This document shows, piece by piece, positions 18,786-28,048 of a stretch of 64,000 nucleotides of DNA (position 1 is the stretch's first letter; the number at the start of each line of letters is the position of its first letter). The position numbers and the translations under genes were made by a program. The notes below the pieces were generated by a model. The model saw nothing but the letters and a program-made list of their open reading frames with translations, was not told where the DNA came from and ran no database searches. The DNA lies in the IMG/VR virus record IMGVR_UViG_3300047499_000163; one strand, given 5' to 3'. Source of the DNA: an uncultured virus (IMG/VR IMGVR_UViG_3300047499_000163). Its lineage: Duplodnaviria; Heunggongvirae; Uroviricota; Caudoviricetes.

Positions 18786-18992
18786 CTAACTTTCCATCAC
18801 CTCAGCGACGGCCTGCATGTCGCAATTGAGGCTCACGCCGTACTCGACAATCTCGTTGAGAAGCGGGTAACCCGTCTCGGTCTTGGCTAGCTCGGTTCTG
18901 CACCGAATACACTTCCAGACGAAACCTTCTTTCGTCCCATTCCGCAACGGAATGCGCTGCGCGATCACCCACTTGTGATCGGGGTACTTCAC
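18786..18992 (-). CDS. Small zinc-finger protein with VMES tag
   Basis: HKW...WKCIRC...CDMQAVAEVMES*. Confidence 0.75.
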   Translation of the reverse strand: MKYPDHKWVIAQRIPLRNGTKEGFVWKCIRCRTELAKTETGYPLLNEIVEYGVSLNCDMQAVAEVMES

Positions 18993-19267
18993 GACTCCAT
19001 AACCTCTTGGACCTGCTCCAGACGCGAAACGGTCTTGCGGGCCTCCCGCTGATCTGCGAACTCACCGACGAAATCGCCCGTGAGAAAGTTCACCTGCTGG
19101 CCATCCCGCCGCACGACGATGTGCGGCCGAGGAATGATTGCCTTGAGATCGCTTCCTTCGGCCTGGAACTGCTGATCGAAAATCTCGTAGGTCTCGCCAT
19201 CGTGGAGAGTCTCGATGACGTACGGCGAGCGGATCGAAGCGGTGGCGTGGTAGACGATGTATTTCAT
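18989..19267 (-). CDS. Hypothetical protein with VMES tag
   Basis: MKYIVYH...LEQVQEVMES*. Confidence 0.7.
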   Translation of the reverse strand: MKYIVYHATASIRSPYVIETLHDGETYEIFDQQFQAEGSDLKAIIPRPHIVVRRDGQQVNFLTGDFVGEFADQREARKTVSRLEQVQEVMES

Positions 19268-19599
19268 GCAGACATCACGGCTTCGACGCGCTCCATGTTG
19301 TCCCGGAAGTCCATCACTTCCTCGAAGAGCTTGGCCAGGTACCCGTCGTCTGAGCTGAATTTCTCGTAGCGGGCGCTGACGCTTTCGGGTGTGAACTCTC
19401 GCCCGAACGTGCGAGTCATCTTCTCCGCGACAGCCTTCCAGCCACCTTCCATTTTGATGCGCTGGCCGCCGCGAGTAAAGATATACTCGAAGTCGTCCTT
19501 CTCCTCGTTCCATACCGCCGCTTCGAGCGTGAGGTAGTACAGGAACAAATCGTGCTCGTGGTCGTAGAAGAACTTGCGGGAGGGGCCTCGAACACTCAT
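19264..19599 (-). CDS. Hypothetical protein with VMSA tag variant
   Basis: Ends MERVEAVMSA*. Confidence 0.65.
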   Translation of the reverse strand: MSVRGPSRKFFYDHEHDLFLYYLTLEAAVWNEEKDDFEYIFTRGGQRIKMEGGWKAVAEKMTRTFGREFTPESVSARYEKFSSDDGYLAKLFEEVMDFRDNMERVEAVMSA

Positions 19600-19634
19600 G
19601 ATGCCTGCAAGGAATCGGGCAGGGGACCGGAGCA

Positions 19635-20078
19635 TCAGGGCCAGCAGTCTTGCTGGAGCTGCTTGTAATACTCCGTGGCCTCTTCCCAGGACTTGGCCAC
19701 GAAGGATAGCATGGGGGTCTCGCCGTCCTCGAACATGGCGCGCAGACGCAGCATGTTGACGGGCGTGCTCAGGCAGACCGGCACTCCGTCCTCGTTCTTC
19801 CACACCTCGAAGATGATGCCGTGGAGTTGGTTGTGGGCGTAAGCCTCGGCTGAGGCCGCAGCCCTCTCCTCGAGGAGAGCCCGCATGTACGCGCGAGCGC
19901 AATCCTCGTCGTCCTCCTCGGCCTCCCACTCGTCGGGATCTTCCGCATGCATCCAGCGCATCTCGACGATGCAATCGTCGGCGGCGACCTGCACAATCCT
20001 GTGGACGTGGTCCTGCACGATGGAGTGCAGCTCGCCCTGCCAGATGACTTGCTTGTCCATGCGCCCTCGCGTACTCAC
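19635..20078 (-). CDS. Acidic hypothetical protein
   Basis: 147 aa, GTGA coupling. Confidence 0.6.
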   Translation of the reverse strand: MSTRGRMDKQVIWQGELHSIVQDHVHRIVQVAADDCIVEMRWMHAEDPDEWEAEEDDEDCARAYMRALLEERAAASAEAYAHNQLHGIIFEVWKNEDGVPVCLSTPVNMLRLRAMFEDGETPMLSFVAKSWEEATEYYKQLQQDCWP

Positions 20079-20755
20079 GACAGCATTACACTTGCGACTT
20101 GGAACTCATCCCGGAGCTTCTGCAGGGCAGCCGATATGTCTTCGCCGATCCTGTCATACTTGGCCACGAGATTATGCAGACCCCGCAGCGACTTGTATGG
20201 CAGATATTCGCGTGCCTTGGGATCCAGGGCCTTCTCGAACCACGCATCCATCGAGTAGCCCTTGGGATTGTCGACAGTGCTAAGGTGCGGCGTCTCCTCG
20301 TACTCCTTGAACCACTTGTTCATGAGATTGCGCGCCTTGGTCTCGAAGGACTTCTGCACGTCCTTCGGCATGCGCTTGCGGTCGAAGTCCGTCAGGTCCT
20401 TGAAGCGCTGGCCCACCATCATGTTGAACGGTTCGGGGCTGTACGGAGTGTTGTATTCGGGAGACTTGAGCTTCTCCTTGAGCATCGGGCCGACGCTGCC
20501 GCCGCAGAAGTGCTCGGCCAGAGGATTGGTCATGATCCAGTCGAGAAACTTCGGCGTGAGCACAGCGCGTGTTTCTTCCCACACCACGAGCTCGACGTCC
20601 GCCGTCCCGTTGCCACGAAGCTTGAGCTTCCCGTCGAGGGCCAGCAGCATCTCGTCGGCAACGCCAGTGTTCAGGAAGAACGAGAACAGGCCCCGTAGGA
20701 TGTTTTCCTCGGGCGAGCGCGTGTCGGTGATCAGGAATTCGGTCTCTGCTTTCAT
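20075..20755 (-). CDS. Hypothetical protein with VMLS tag variant
   Basis: Ends DEFQVASVMLS*. Confidence 0.7.
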   Translation of the reverse strand: MKAETEFLITDTRSPEENILRGLFSFFLNTGVADEMLLALDGKLKLRGNGTADVELVVWEETRAVLTPKFLDWIMTNPLAEHFCGGSVGPMLKEKLKSPEYNTPYSPEPFNMMVGQRFKDLTDFDRKRMPKDVQKSFETKARNLMNKWFKEYEETPHLSTVDNPKGYSMDAWFEKALDPKAREYLPYKSLRGLHNLVAKYDRIGEDISAALQKLRDEFQVASVMLS

Positions 20756-20964
20756 GAATCCATCACCTGGCTCACCTTGGCCTCGTCAACTAGACGAAGA
20801 AGTCTCTTGGCGAGATTCTCGGCCTGCTTGAGCGAGAGACGCTGCCGGTCTCGCTTCTGGCGCAGGATGATCTCGATGTCCCGATTGAGGCACCCGGGCT
20901 CCATCCGTGAACACTCCACCACTTTCGTGTGCGGAGCCTTCTTGTATGAGTGCCCGTGCTTCAT
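20752..20964 (-). CDS. Small basic protein with VMDS tag
   Basis: Ends VDEAKVSQVMDS*; ATGA coupling. Confidence 0.65.
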   Translation of the reverse strand: MKHGHSYKKAPHTKVVECSRMEPGCLNRDIEIILRQKRDRQRLSLKQAENLAKRLLRLVDEAKVSQVMDS

Positions 20965-21542
20965 GATTCCATGACCTCTCTTGCGACGACGATGCCCCAC
21001 GCATCGTGAATAACGGAATCATCGAGGTCGTCGCGCCGGAAGAACTCCAGCAGTTCGTTGGCCTTGACCTTGATAGACGCCGTGGCCCTCTGGCTCTCCA
21101 AGAGCTTCACGTATTCGTGGACGGCCTGAGAGGTCGAGAGATCGGTGGCTGTGGTGTAAGGAGTTCCCCTTCCTTCCTTGATGCGCCACGTGTTCTCGCG
21201 GTCGATTTCCTTGCGCATCTTCTCCATGCGAAGAGCGACGCTCTTGATGAGCACCTTGCGAGGGGTCGCCAGCTCCTTCTTGGAGAGTTCGTTCACGCGC
21301 GCGACCCACTCTTGCTCCGTGCGCTCTTTGCAGGAGAACACCAACACGCCCTGGTGGATGGTGACGTAGAGCACGTCGGCACCCTCGGCATACTTGGCCG
21401 TAATCCGCATACCCTGCACGATAGCGCCTGGCTCGTTGGTGTGCAGATACTCGGTGGCCACCTTCTTGAGCTGTTCGCGCATGTCCGCAGCCATCTTGGC
21501 TTTGACGGCGTTCCTCAGCTCCGCGGGCTCGTATGCTCTCAC
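20961..21542 (-). CDS. Hypothetical protein with VMES tag
   Basis: Ends DAWGIVVAREVMES*. Confidence 0.7.
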   Translation of the reverse strand: MRAYEPAELRNAVKAKMAADMREQLKKVATEYLHTNEPGAIVQGMRITAKYAEGADVLYVTIHQGVLVFSCKERTEQEWVARVNELSKKELATPRKVLIKSVALRMEKMRKEIDRENTWRIKEGRGTPYTTATDLSTSQAVHEYVKLLESQRATASIKVKANELLEFFRRDDLDDSVIHDAWGIVVAREVMES

Positions 21543-22078
21543 GACTCCATCACCTCTTTCACTTGTTGAAGGTTCCAGGCGTCGAGCACTTCTTCGCGTG
21601 TGTAGGGCCACGAAGCGAGCGTCTGTTGCAGACGCTCCAATGCTTCTTTGTGATTGGCGGCCTCGAGAATCTTCTGGTTTTCAGCGGCCCTCATGCGAGC
21701 TTTGTCGCGATTCTTCGGATTGGAGAGTGCCTTCTCGAGCAAGGGCTCCAAATCCGGGACGAGAGCACCGGCCACCATCTCGCGACCCGTCCCTCCCATA
21801 GTCCGCGCCACGGCCTCGACAACGCACATAGCTACGTGGATCGGGACCACGGGGCCGCGAGACTGATGCTTGTGCTCAAACTTGTGACCAGCGATCTGGC
21901 CTCGAATGTGCGTGTCGACGATCGTCCCGCGGACGCGTTCCACAGCTTCGAGCGTCATGGTCGGCACGCCGTCGCGAATGAGGTCGAACAGGCGCTTGAA
22001 CGAAGCCTTGGACGGTGAGTGCACCGCCTGATGGTAGAAGCTGTCGAACTCCCGCAGGGCGTGGGCGTAGGGCTTCAC
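21539..22078 (-). CDS. Hypothetical protein with VMES tag
   Basis: Ends TREEVLDAWNLQQVKEVMES*. Confidence 0.7.
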   Translation of the reverse strand: MKPYAHALREFDSFYHQAVHSPSKASFKRLFDLIRDGVPTMTLEAVERVRGTIVDTHIRGQIAGHKFEHKHQSRGPVVPIHVAMCVVEAVARTMGGTGREMVAGALVPDLEPLLEKALSNPKNRDKARMRAAENQKILEAANHKEALERLQQTLASWPYTREEVLDAWNLQQVKEVMES

Positions 22079-22708
22079 GATTCCATCACCTTCCTGACGT
22101 GAGTCTCGCGGAACCACTGCAGGACGTCATCCTCGGTCACGTGGTCCTTGATCTGGTCGAAGAGTTTCTTGACCTCGGCCACGCGGCGCTCCAGATCATC
22201 CCCACCCATTTCCTTCACGTAGATCTTGTGGATCTCTCGCACGAGAGGATCGAGGATGGCGGGGATCGGCAGAGAATACCTGCGTAGCTCGCGAAGCAAT
22301 TGTGCCTCGTAGCTGTTGCTCTGGCGAGGCACGAGATGAGAGATGATCATCGCCTGGACCTTCTTCTCGTCCCACTCCTTGAGGAGCGAATTGCGGCGAT
22401 TGCCCCATTGGGCGGAGAACCAGGTCACGATCCGCCGCGAAGCGACCGAGAGGGTCCGACGAGAGGGTCCGACCGGAGTTGGAGTGGTCGAAGCATAGCT
22501 CCACAGTCCCGCCCGCAACCCGGATCTTCATCTCGTGTCGGTATCCGGTGTTGTGGACGCTGACTTCGGGCGTCGGCAGCAGCGCGAGCTGCTCCAGGAC
22601 TCCCGGTAGAATTTCAGCTTTGCGGCTCGCGCCCACGCTCCACCTCCGTCGATCAGTACGAGCGAGCGGCGCCAACTTGCGCCCTGCGCTAGATGTCGCA
22701 CGAATCAT
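22075..22708 (-). pseudogene. VMES-tag protein split by a 13-bp tandem duplication
   Basis: CGAGAGGGTCCGA twice at 22447-22472 shifts the frame; ends TEDDVLQWFRETHVRKVMES*. Confidence 0.7.
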
Positions 22709-23073
22709 GAGTCGTGCACTCGCCGGCAGATTTCGAGTCGGAGCTGGGTCCTATAATCGAGCCATTCAAACACGAACCTGAGGCCAAGGCTCAAGCAGGT
22801 GGCCGACGCCTGGATTGCACCAACGACGATCGTTGGAATCCAGCCTTTCGGGTGAGGTACTGCAAAGTGATGGGCGATCATCCCGAACATGATCGTCATT
22901 CCGAAGCAGACCATGATCCCTCGGGCGGAGCTTCCCATCTCGTTCCTGATGCGCACTTCAGGAGTACCCAAGTGCCAGCATGTGTTGCACATCACTGGCG
23001 CGTACCAGGGTCTGTTGCAGGTGGTGCAGTTGGAACCCTTACCACGCATCTGGACCTTCGGAGGCCACTCCAT
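22705..23073 (-). CDS. Zinc-ribbon membrane protein with VHDS tag
   Basis: CTTC/CNTC, two hydrophobic segments, ends EICRRVHDS*. Confidence 0.65.
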   Translation of the reverse strand: MEWPPKVQMRGKGSNCTTCNRPWYAPVMCNTCWHLGTPEVRIRNEMGSSARGIMVCFGMTIMFGMIAHHFAVPHPKGWIPTIVVGAIQASATCLSLGLRFVFEWLDYRTQLRLEICRRVHDS

Positions 23074-23077
23074 ATCG

Positions 23078-23223
23078 TACAAAACGCAGGTGCCGACTTG
23101 CCCCGCGTACGCGCCGGCATGGGCAAGATCAAGGACGCCATGATTCGCGAGGAGGACCACTTCGAAGAGAAGATGGCCAATCCCAATGTCGCGCAGGCCG
23201 TAAGGCGCGGAGCGGCGCGCGTA
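23078..23223. promoter_or_regulatory. Cluster of three phage promoter motifs (one minus, two plus)
   Basis: Minus GCAA-N16-TGTA 23078-23101; plus GCAG-N16-CGTA 23086-23109; plus GTAA-N16-CGTA 23200-23223. Confidence 0.65.
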
Positions 23224-23247
23224 CCGGCTGGTGGAGGTGACGCGATC

Positions 23248-24225
23248 ATGGGAATGATGGCAGTTCTGGCGGCCCTGGAGAAGGAAGCCGCCGACAAAGG
23301 CATGACACTGGAGGAGCTGGCCGACGCGGCGGCTCAGGAAGAGGTCTCGGGAGCCATGGCACAAGCAGACCAGTCCGACAAGGAGCTGGACCGCGCGAAG
23401 GCGGCAGCCGCCTCGACGCTCCCCGCGCCCGAGAGCGCACCGGAGGTTCCGGTTGCCGAGGAGTCGGCGCAGGAGCCGACCCTCGACGACAGCGCCTTGC
23501 CGGCGATCGACGCGGCGCGTGCCGCCGAGTTGGCCGAGGTGCCCATCCCCGAGGTGCAGTTCGAGATGCCGCCCCAGCAGTACATGAAGAAGGGGCAGCA
23601 CCACACCTTGGTGTTCCAGGGCGTCTGCTCCAACTGCGCGCACTGCGCCATGAAGCTCACCGACGCGGTGTCCATCGAGCGCGGTCTCGGCCCCGTCTGC
23701 AGCAAGCGAGGCTACCTCGAGGACCCGACCGATCCGGACGAGAACCAGGCCATCATCGACCTGGCCGAGTACCCGCAGCTCGTCGAGTTCCTCATGAAGA
23801 ACTACAAGCCGCAGGGCGTCCGCGGCCTGATGAACGGGCTGGTCAAGATCTGCTCGCTCAACCGCCGCTCCCCAGTGCACCCGGCGTGCTGCGACGCCAT
23901 CGAGTCGCTCGGCTACAAGCGTCTCGCGAGCACGCTCCGCGAGAGCCTCGCCGTCATCGAGATCAAGGAGCACGACGACAAGACCTACAACGTGTGGGTC
24001 AAGAAGTCCGAGTTCCAGTGGCAGTGGCTGCGGGACCTGCAGCAGAAGATCCCCGGCACGTACCGCTCGGCGCAGTACAAGGGCATCCTCGTCCCCAAGT
24101 CGGCCAAGCAGATGCTGTGGGCCATCATCCTCGAGCACTACGATGGCCTCTGCGCCAAGGTGCCGGCCGAGGGCGGCGGCAAGAAGACGGTCAAGATCCT
24201 GCCGAAGGTCGCCAAGGCGTCCTAG
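23248..24225 (+). CDS. Protein with an acidic N-terminus and DUF6011-like zinc finger (alternative in-frame start at 23119)
   Basis: CAHCAMKLTDAVSIERGLGPVC motif; GGAGGTG Shine-Dalgarno before the ATG at 23248. Confidence 0.7.
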   Translation: MGMMAVLAALEKEAADKGMTLEELADAAAQEEVSGAMAQADQSDKELDRAKAAAASTLPAPESAPEVPVAEESAQEPTLDDSALPAIDAARAAELAEVPIPEVQFEMPPQQYMKKGQHHTLVFQGVCSNCAHCAMKLTDAVSIERGLGPVCSKRGYLEDPTDPDENQAIIDLAEYPQLVEFLMKNYKPQGVRGLMNGLVKICSLNRRSPVHPACCDAIESLGYKRLASTLRESLAVIEIKEHDDKTYNVWVKKSEFQWQWLRDLQQKIPGTYRSAQYKGILVPKSAKQMLWAIILEHYDGLCAKVPAEGGGKKTVKILPKVAKAS

Positions 24226-24428
24226 CCGCAAGTTACCCTGCGCGGCTGCGCCACCTCCAATTCCGTCGCCGCGGGGTTGGTCTTCGCCCTGGTTCGCTTT
24301 GCGGGCCGGGGCGAAGCCGTATTCGCGTTCGGCGTCCGTCGCCTCCTTCCACGATTGACGAACGACGAACGGGGTGGTTTATTCGTCGTTGCTCGTCGAA
24401 TGTACCGTTCGGCAGGAGGTCAATCGTC

Positions 24429-24866
24429 ATGGATGAAGAGACTGAGTTGAACACCCTTGTGGACCTGGTGAAGGACCACGGTCAGCCGATCTCTTCCCCG
24501 AAGCTGGGGAAGCTTTTCACACAAAAGACCGGCATCACTTACAAAGATGCAGGGATCTACCGCCGTTGCCAGAAGGCAATCGGCAAGGGCAAGCCCCTCA
24601 TCCAGGTCCAGGACAACGGGCAACCGCGGTGGGACTACGCGGGCAGGAACGGAGTCGCCGAGGAGCGAGCAGCACGCCCTGTATCCAACGGCAACGGGCA
24701 AAAGAAGGAACTGACGGACCAGCAGAAAGCCAAGGTCCAAGACACGAAGGCGATGTTCTCACGGATCGTGGAGGCTCTCGAGAGAAACGACATCTCGGAA
24801 GCGTTGTCGTACAAAATCCCAGCCGATGCCCTCCTCGGCCAACTCAAACACCTCATGGAGAACTAG
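24429..24866 (+). CDS. Hypothetical protein, possibly winged-helix
   Basis: AGGAGGT Shine-Dalgarno; ends LKHLMEN*. Confidence 0.6.
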   Translation: MDEETELNTLVDLVKDHGQPISSPKLGKLFTQKTGITYKDAGIYRRCQKAIGKGKPLIQVQDNGQPRWDYAGRNGVAEERAARPVSNGNGQKKELTDQQKAKVQDTKAMFSRIVEALERNDISEALSYKIPADALLGQLKHLMEN

Positions 24867-24868
24867 TC

Positions 24869-25132
24869 ATGGACCGCATCGATCACAAGATGATGGACGC
24901 ACTCGGCGGGAAGAACACCCAATGGCGCGGAGAGCCATGGATTGCTCGCGCCGCAGGCGTCGTGGACGAAGAGGCTCGCAAGCGCCTCGCTGTACTCGAG
25001 CACCACGGTTATGTTCAGCGGAGCAGGGATGGTCTCCGAACAGTGTGGCGCACCACAGCCGCTTCGCTCATGAAGTACCGGCGCGAGCGAGCGGCCATCC
25101 AGACGACGAAGATCCCCGCCGTGGGTACGTAG
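24869..25132 (+). CDS. Small winged-helix-like DNA-binding protein
   Basis: IARAAGVVDEEARKRLAVLEHHGYVQR pattern. Confidence 0.5.
   Translation: MDRIDHKMMDALGGKNTQWRGEPWIARAAGVVDEEARKRLAVLEHHGYVQRSRDGLRTVWRTTAASLMKYRRERAAIQTTKIPAVGT
25108..25131 (+). promoter_or_regulatory. Phage promoter motif GAAG-N16-CGTA in front of the tRNA-like RNA
   Basis: Exact spacing; RNA 5' end 8 nt downstream. Confidence 0.5.
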
Positions 25133-25139
25133 TCCTCGT

Positions 25140-25249
25140 GCCGGCGTCTGGTGGCCAAGAGTTGTAGGTCCCGCAGCGAAGTAACTGTAACCTACGAACG
25201 GTGAAAAGCAGCGGTGCTCTTGGAGAGGGTTCGAGTCCCTCCGCCGGTT
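25140..25249 (+). ncRNA. tRNA-like structured RNA (acceptor stem and T-arm, no D-stem, enlarged anticodon-position domain)
   Basis: GCCGGCG/CGCCGGT 7-bp stem; GAGGG-TTCGAGT-CCCTC T-arm; CCAAGAG/CTCTTGG helix; inner GTAGGT/ACCTAC hairpin. Confidence 0.7.
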
Positions 25250-25258
25250 TCAGGATTT

Positions 25259-25459
25259 ATGCGGCACGACTGGAAAGAGAACTACAATATCGACTGCACG
25301 TCGATAATCTGGTCGTGTCGGCAGTGCGGCGCTCGGTTCGTTGTCATGAAGAACCGGTGCGACTTCCACTCTCCTGACGAGGACGAAGAGCTTCTCGAGA
25401 AGCATTCCATCTCGCTTGATTGCGACGTACAAATCGCCAGGCAGGTGATGGAGTCCTAA
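25259..25459 (+). CDS. Small zinc-finger protein with VMES tag
   Basis: HDW...WSCRQC...CDVQIARQVMES*. Confidence 0.75.
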   Translation: MRHDWKENYNIDCTSIIWSCRQCGARFVVMKNRCDFHSPDEDEELLEKHSISLDCDVQIARQVMES

Positions 25460-25785
25460 GACTGCATCACGTCGGCCACCATGTACTCCTCTCGAGAGCA
25501 CTCCTCGACAAGCTCGTAGTTGAGGACCTTCGGGTCTCCGTGCTCGTCGCACCGGCCGAAGTACATCTTTTCGCCGGGAGCCGGTGTTCCTCCAGCCTCG
25601 TAGGTCTGGTCGCGCTTTGTCTTGAAGAACCGCGTAGCCTTTTGGCGATGCTTCTGTTTCTCGACGTCCCAGCAGTCAGGATGGTTGCACTGAACTACAC
25701 GACCTTCCAGTGCTTCCAGCTCCAGTCCGTCATGAACTTGTGAGCCCACGTCTGCACGACCGGTCCACCGGGCTGAGCCACCCAC
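25456..25785 (-). CDS. Cys/His protein with VMQS tag (start uncertain)
   Basis: CNHPDC...RCDEH...SREEYMVADVMQS*. Confidence 0.55.
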   Translation of the reverse strand: MGGSARWTGRADVGSQVHDGLELEALEGRVVQCNHPDCWDVEKQKHRQKATRFFKTKRDQTYEAGGTPAPGEKMYFGRCDEHGDPKVLNYELVEECSREEYMVADVMQS

Positions 25786-25918
25786 CCTTCGTTGGTGGCG
25801 ATGAGGTCGACCTTCTCCTCACCATCACCGTACGTAAAGGGTGAACGAAGCCAGCCTTCTGGTACTCGTTGAGGGACTTCACCTCGTCATTGGTCCAGGG
25901 CGCGTCGCTTCTTTCCAC

Positions 25919-26533
25919 TTAGCATTCCATCGTGTGCTTGACGAAAGCCAACTCTACCAACTCCCGGATCTCGTCGTCGGAGAGTCCCTGGGAGATGGCG
26001 AACTGGATGTTGTTGCTGAGGGCGGCCTTGACCTTCTTGACGAGGCGCTCCTTGCGAGCCGTCTTGTGCTTGCCGGCTCCTGCGCAGTCGCCGATAGCCT
26101 GGACGGCCGCGCGGTGAAGCTCGTGGATTCTGGAGTTCGAGTTCATGACGCCAAGCTTCTTCAGCTCGGTCATGAGGTCGTCTTCGAAGGCGCCCCAATC
26201 AGAAGAGCGCCCGGTCTCCTTGCGGCACTGCTTCTTGGACCACTGGACGGTGCGGAACACGTCCTGGAAGAAGTTGTGGAGCGAAGGGCCGGACGTCTTC
26301 TTGGCGGCCACCGACTCGGCGTCTTGCACGGTCATCGACAGGTAGCCGAGCCCGTGGGCGCCGTCCGGGTCTGTCCACGCGATCCGGACCTGGACCCGGT
26401 GCTGCGCCCGCGAGGGCGTCGCGGTCTTGACCTCGGCGACCTGGACGCGGTGCGCGAGCAGCGCGGCGTGCCGCTCGGTGACGTTGGATGGGACCAGTAT
26501 GACGTCTTTCGCGGGCTTCTTCTTGGCTGCCAT
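25919..26533 (-). CDS. Hypothetical protein with TMEC tag variant
   Basis: Ends LSDDEIRELVELAFVKHTMEC*. Confidence 0.7.
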   Translation of the reverse strand: MAAKKKPAKDVILVPSNVTERHAALLAHRVQVAEVKTATPSRAQHRVQVRIAWTDPDGAHGLGYLSMTVQDAESVAAKKTSGPSLHNFFQDVFRTVQWSKKQCRKETGRSSDWGAFEDDLMTELKKLGVMNSNSRIHELHRAAVQAIGDCAGAGKHKTARKERLVKKVKAALSNNIQFAISQGLSDDEIRELVELAFVKHTMEC

Positions 26534-27292
26534 CTACGCCTCCATCACCTCGAGTACGCTGGCGTACCGATAGATCTCCTCGTACATCCGCTGCACGACT
26601 CCATCCTCGATGAACCATTGAGGAGAGGTGTTCTGCAAGTCGAGAGTGCGAGCCGTCATCTGAACGAACTTCCCTCCCGATGCTGATTGGGCGTCGCTGA
26701 GGTCGACTCCCTCCCGCACCATCAGGCGCGCGAGCCGCTCGGAGAACAACTTGGCCGACTCCTTGGCCTTCTCGGCAGGAGCCTTGGAGAGGTTGGGGAA
26801 GACGTGAACCGTCTTGTTGTTCGAGTTCTCGATGAACGACAGATGGTTCTTGTTGATGCGGATGGTGCCGAGATGCTGCTCTTCCTCGAAGAACTGGAGA
26901 GTCCCCGCGGGATCCACCTGGCGGGCGACCTGGCCTCTGCAGTAGAGCGGGATCTGAATGCAAGGATGGCCGCTGTACTTGGTGTGCTCGGCCTCCTTGA
27001 AGACGAGCTGCAGGTTGCCAAGCGGTGGCAAGTCGGCGCGCGAGAACGGCTGCCGCTTCTGCAGCATGGCGAATCGCACCGAATGACCCATCTGCCCTCG
27101 TCCGCCGTCGTACCACTGAGCCGATTCCGGGCCTGCCACAGGCGCGCGGCCCTCGAAATAGCCCTGAGTGCGAATGGCGTCGAGGGCGACTTTGGCCTGC
27201 TCCCCGAGCGCGACCATCCTTTCGAGCTGCTCGACAGCCCTATCGCACGCCTCGTCGTCCGAGTGCATGTCCACGCTGAACCCGTGCGGCAT
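26534..27292 (-). CDS. Hypothetical protein with VMEA tag
   Basis: Ends YASVLEVMEA*; CGTA plus GGAGGTG upstream. Confidence 0.7.
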   Translation of the reverse strand: MPHGFSVDMHSDDEACDRAVEQLERMVALGEQAKVALDAIRTQGYFEGRAPVAGPESAQWYDGGRGQMGHSVRFAMLQKRQPFSRADLPPLGNLQLVFKEAEHTKYSGHPCIQIPLYCRGQVARQVDPAGTLQFFEEEQHLGTIRINKNHLSFIENSNNKTVHVFPNLSKAPAEKAKESAKLFSERLARLMVREGVDLSDAQSASGGKFVQMTARTLDLQNTSPQWFIEDGVVQRMYEEIYRYASVLEVMEA

Positions 27293-27322
27293 ACAGCACA
27301 CCTCCGCTGATCGCTACGCGCG

Positions 27323-28035
27323 CTATGCACTTGCGCTTTGCGTCACGGGATGCCAGAGCTTCCAGCACTCGACGATCTCGGGCTCGTATCTCTCGAGCCG
27401 ATTGCCGATCTTGTCGGAGTGCTTCATCAGGCGGAACCCGTCGACGAACTTGACCTTGTTCTTTTGGCGCCAGTGGGGCTGCAGGTGGAAGACCTCGACT
27501 CCACGGAACGCGAGATAATCCGAGATCATCGACCGGTGGCAGCGCCAGTATACGGCCTCACAGCACATGAACCCGAGGTCCTCTTTCTTGCCGCGCTCGA
27601 CGAGACGATCGCAGTCTTCGAGGAACTCGGGCAATGTCATGAAGTACGAATAGTCGTACAGCCGACGTTGGTCCACTTCGGACGAATATGCGGCAAGGCG
27701 AGTTGCGAGCTTTCCACGGCGTCGGGGAAGTTTTTGCCGATGCGCTGTTTGGGGAACTTCCCTCGAGCGTAGACGTGCAAGTCGACTCCCTTGGGCTCGA
27801 AGTCCACCGCAAGCCGCTCGTGGCGCCTGTCCCACCCGCCAAGACCTGGCCACCATTCGTAGCCAATCCCGGCCTCGGGAAGCCAGCGCTGCATCTCTCG
27901 GCGCTCGTACTGAGCCCAGCGGCTTTCCGGATGAGACCGGACGTCGATCACGGTCGAGATGCGGCCCTTGAGGCTGGCCGTGAAGGCTTCTTGAGAGTAA
28001 TTCGAGTGTCCGATCGAGAAGAGCGCCACGCTCAC
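27323..28035 (-). pseudogene. DUF488 family protein, frameshifted near 27660
   Basis: FSIGHSN, IDVRSHPES, YEWWPGLGG, then FMCCEAVYWRCHRSMISDYL in another frame. Confidence 0.75.
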
Positions 28036-28048
28036 CTCCGCGCGTCCG

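Noticed and set aside
22705..24231. 508-aa minus ORF and the first 135 codons of the 503-aa plus ORF
   Set aside because: Promoter motifs and start signals place the real genes at 22705-23073 (minus) and 23119/23248-24225 (plus).
24355..24398. GACGAACGACGAA/TTCGTCGTT...TCGTC hairpin as a separate ncRNA
   Set aside because: A single hairpin between co-directional genes is adequately explained as a terminator or leader structure.
25140..25249. Canonical tRNA gene
   Set aside because: No D-stem and no 7-nt anticodon loop, so it is reported as a tRNA-like RNA instead.
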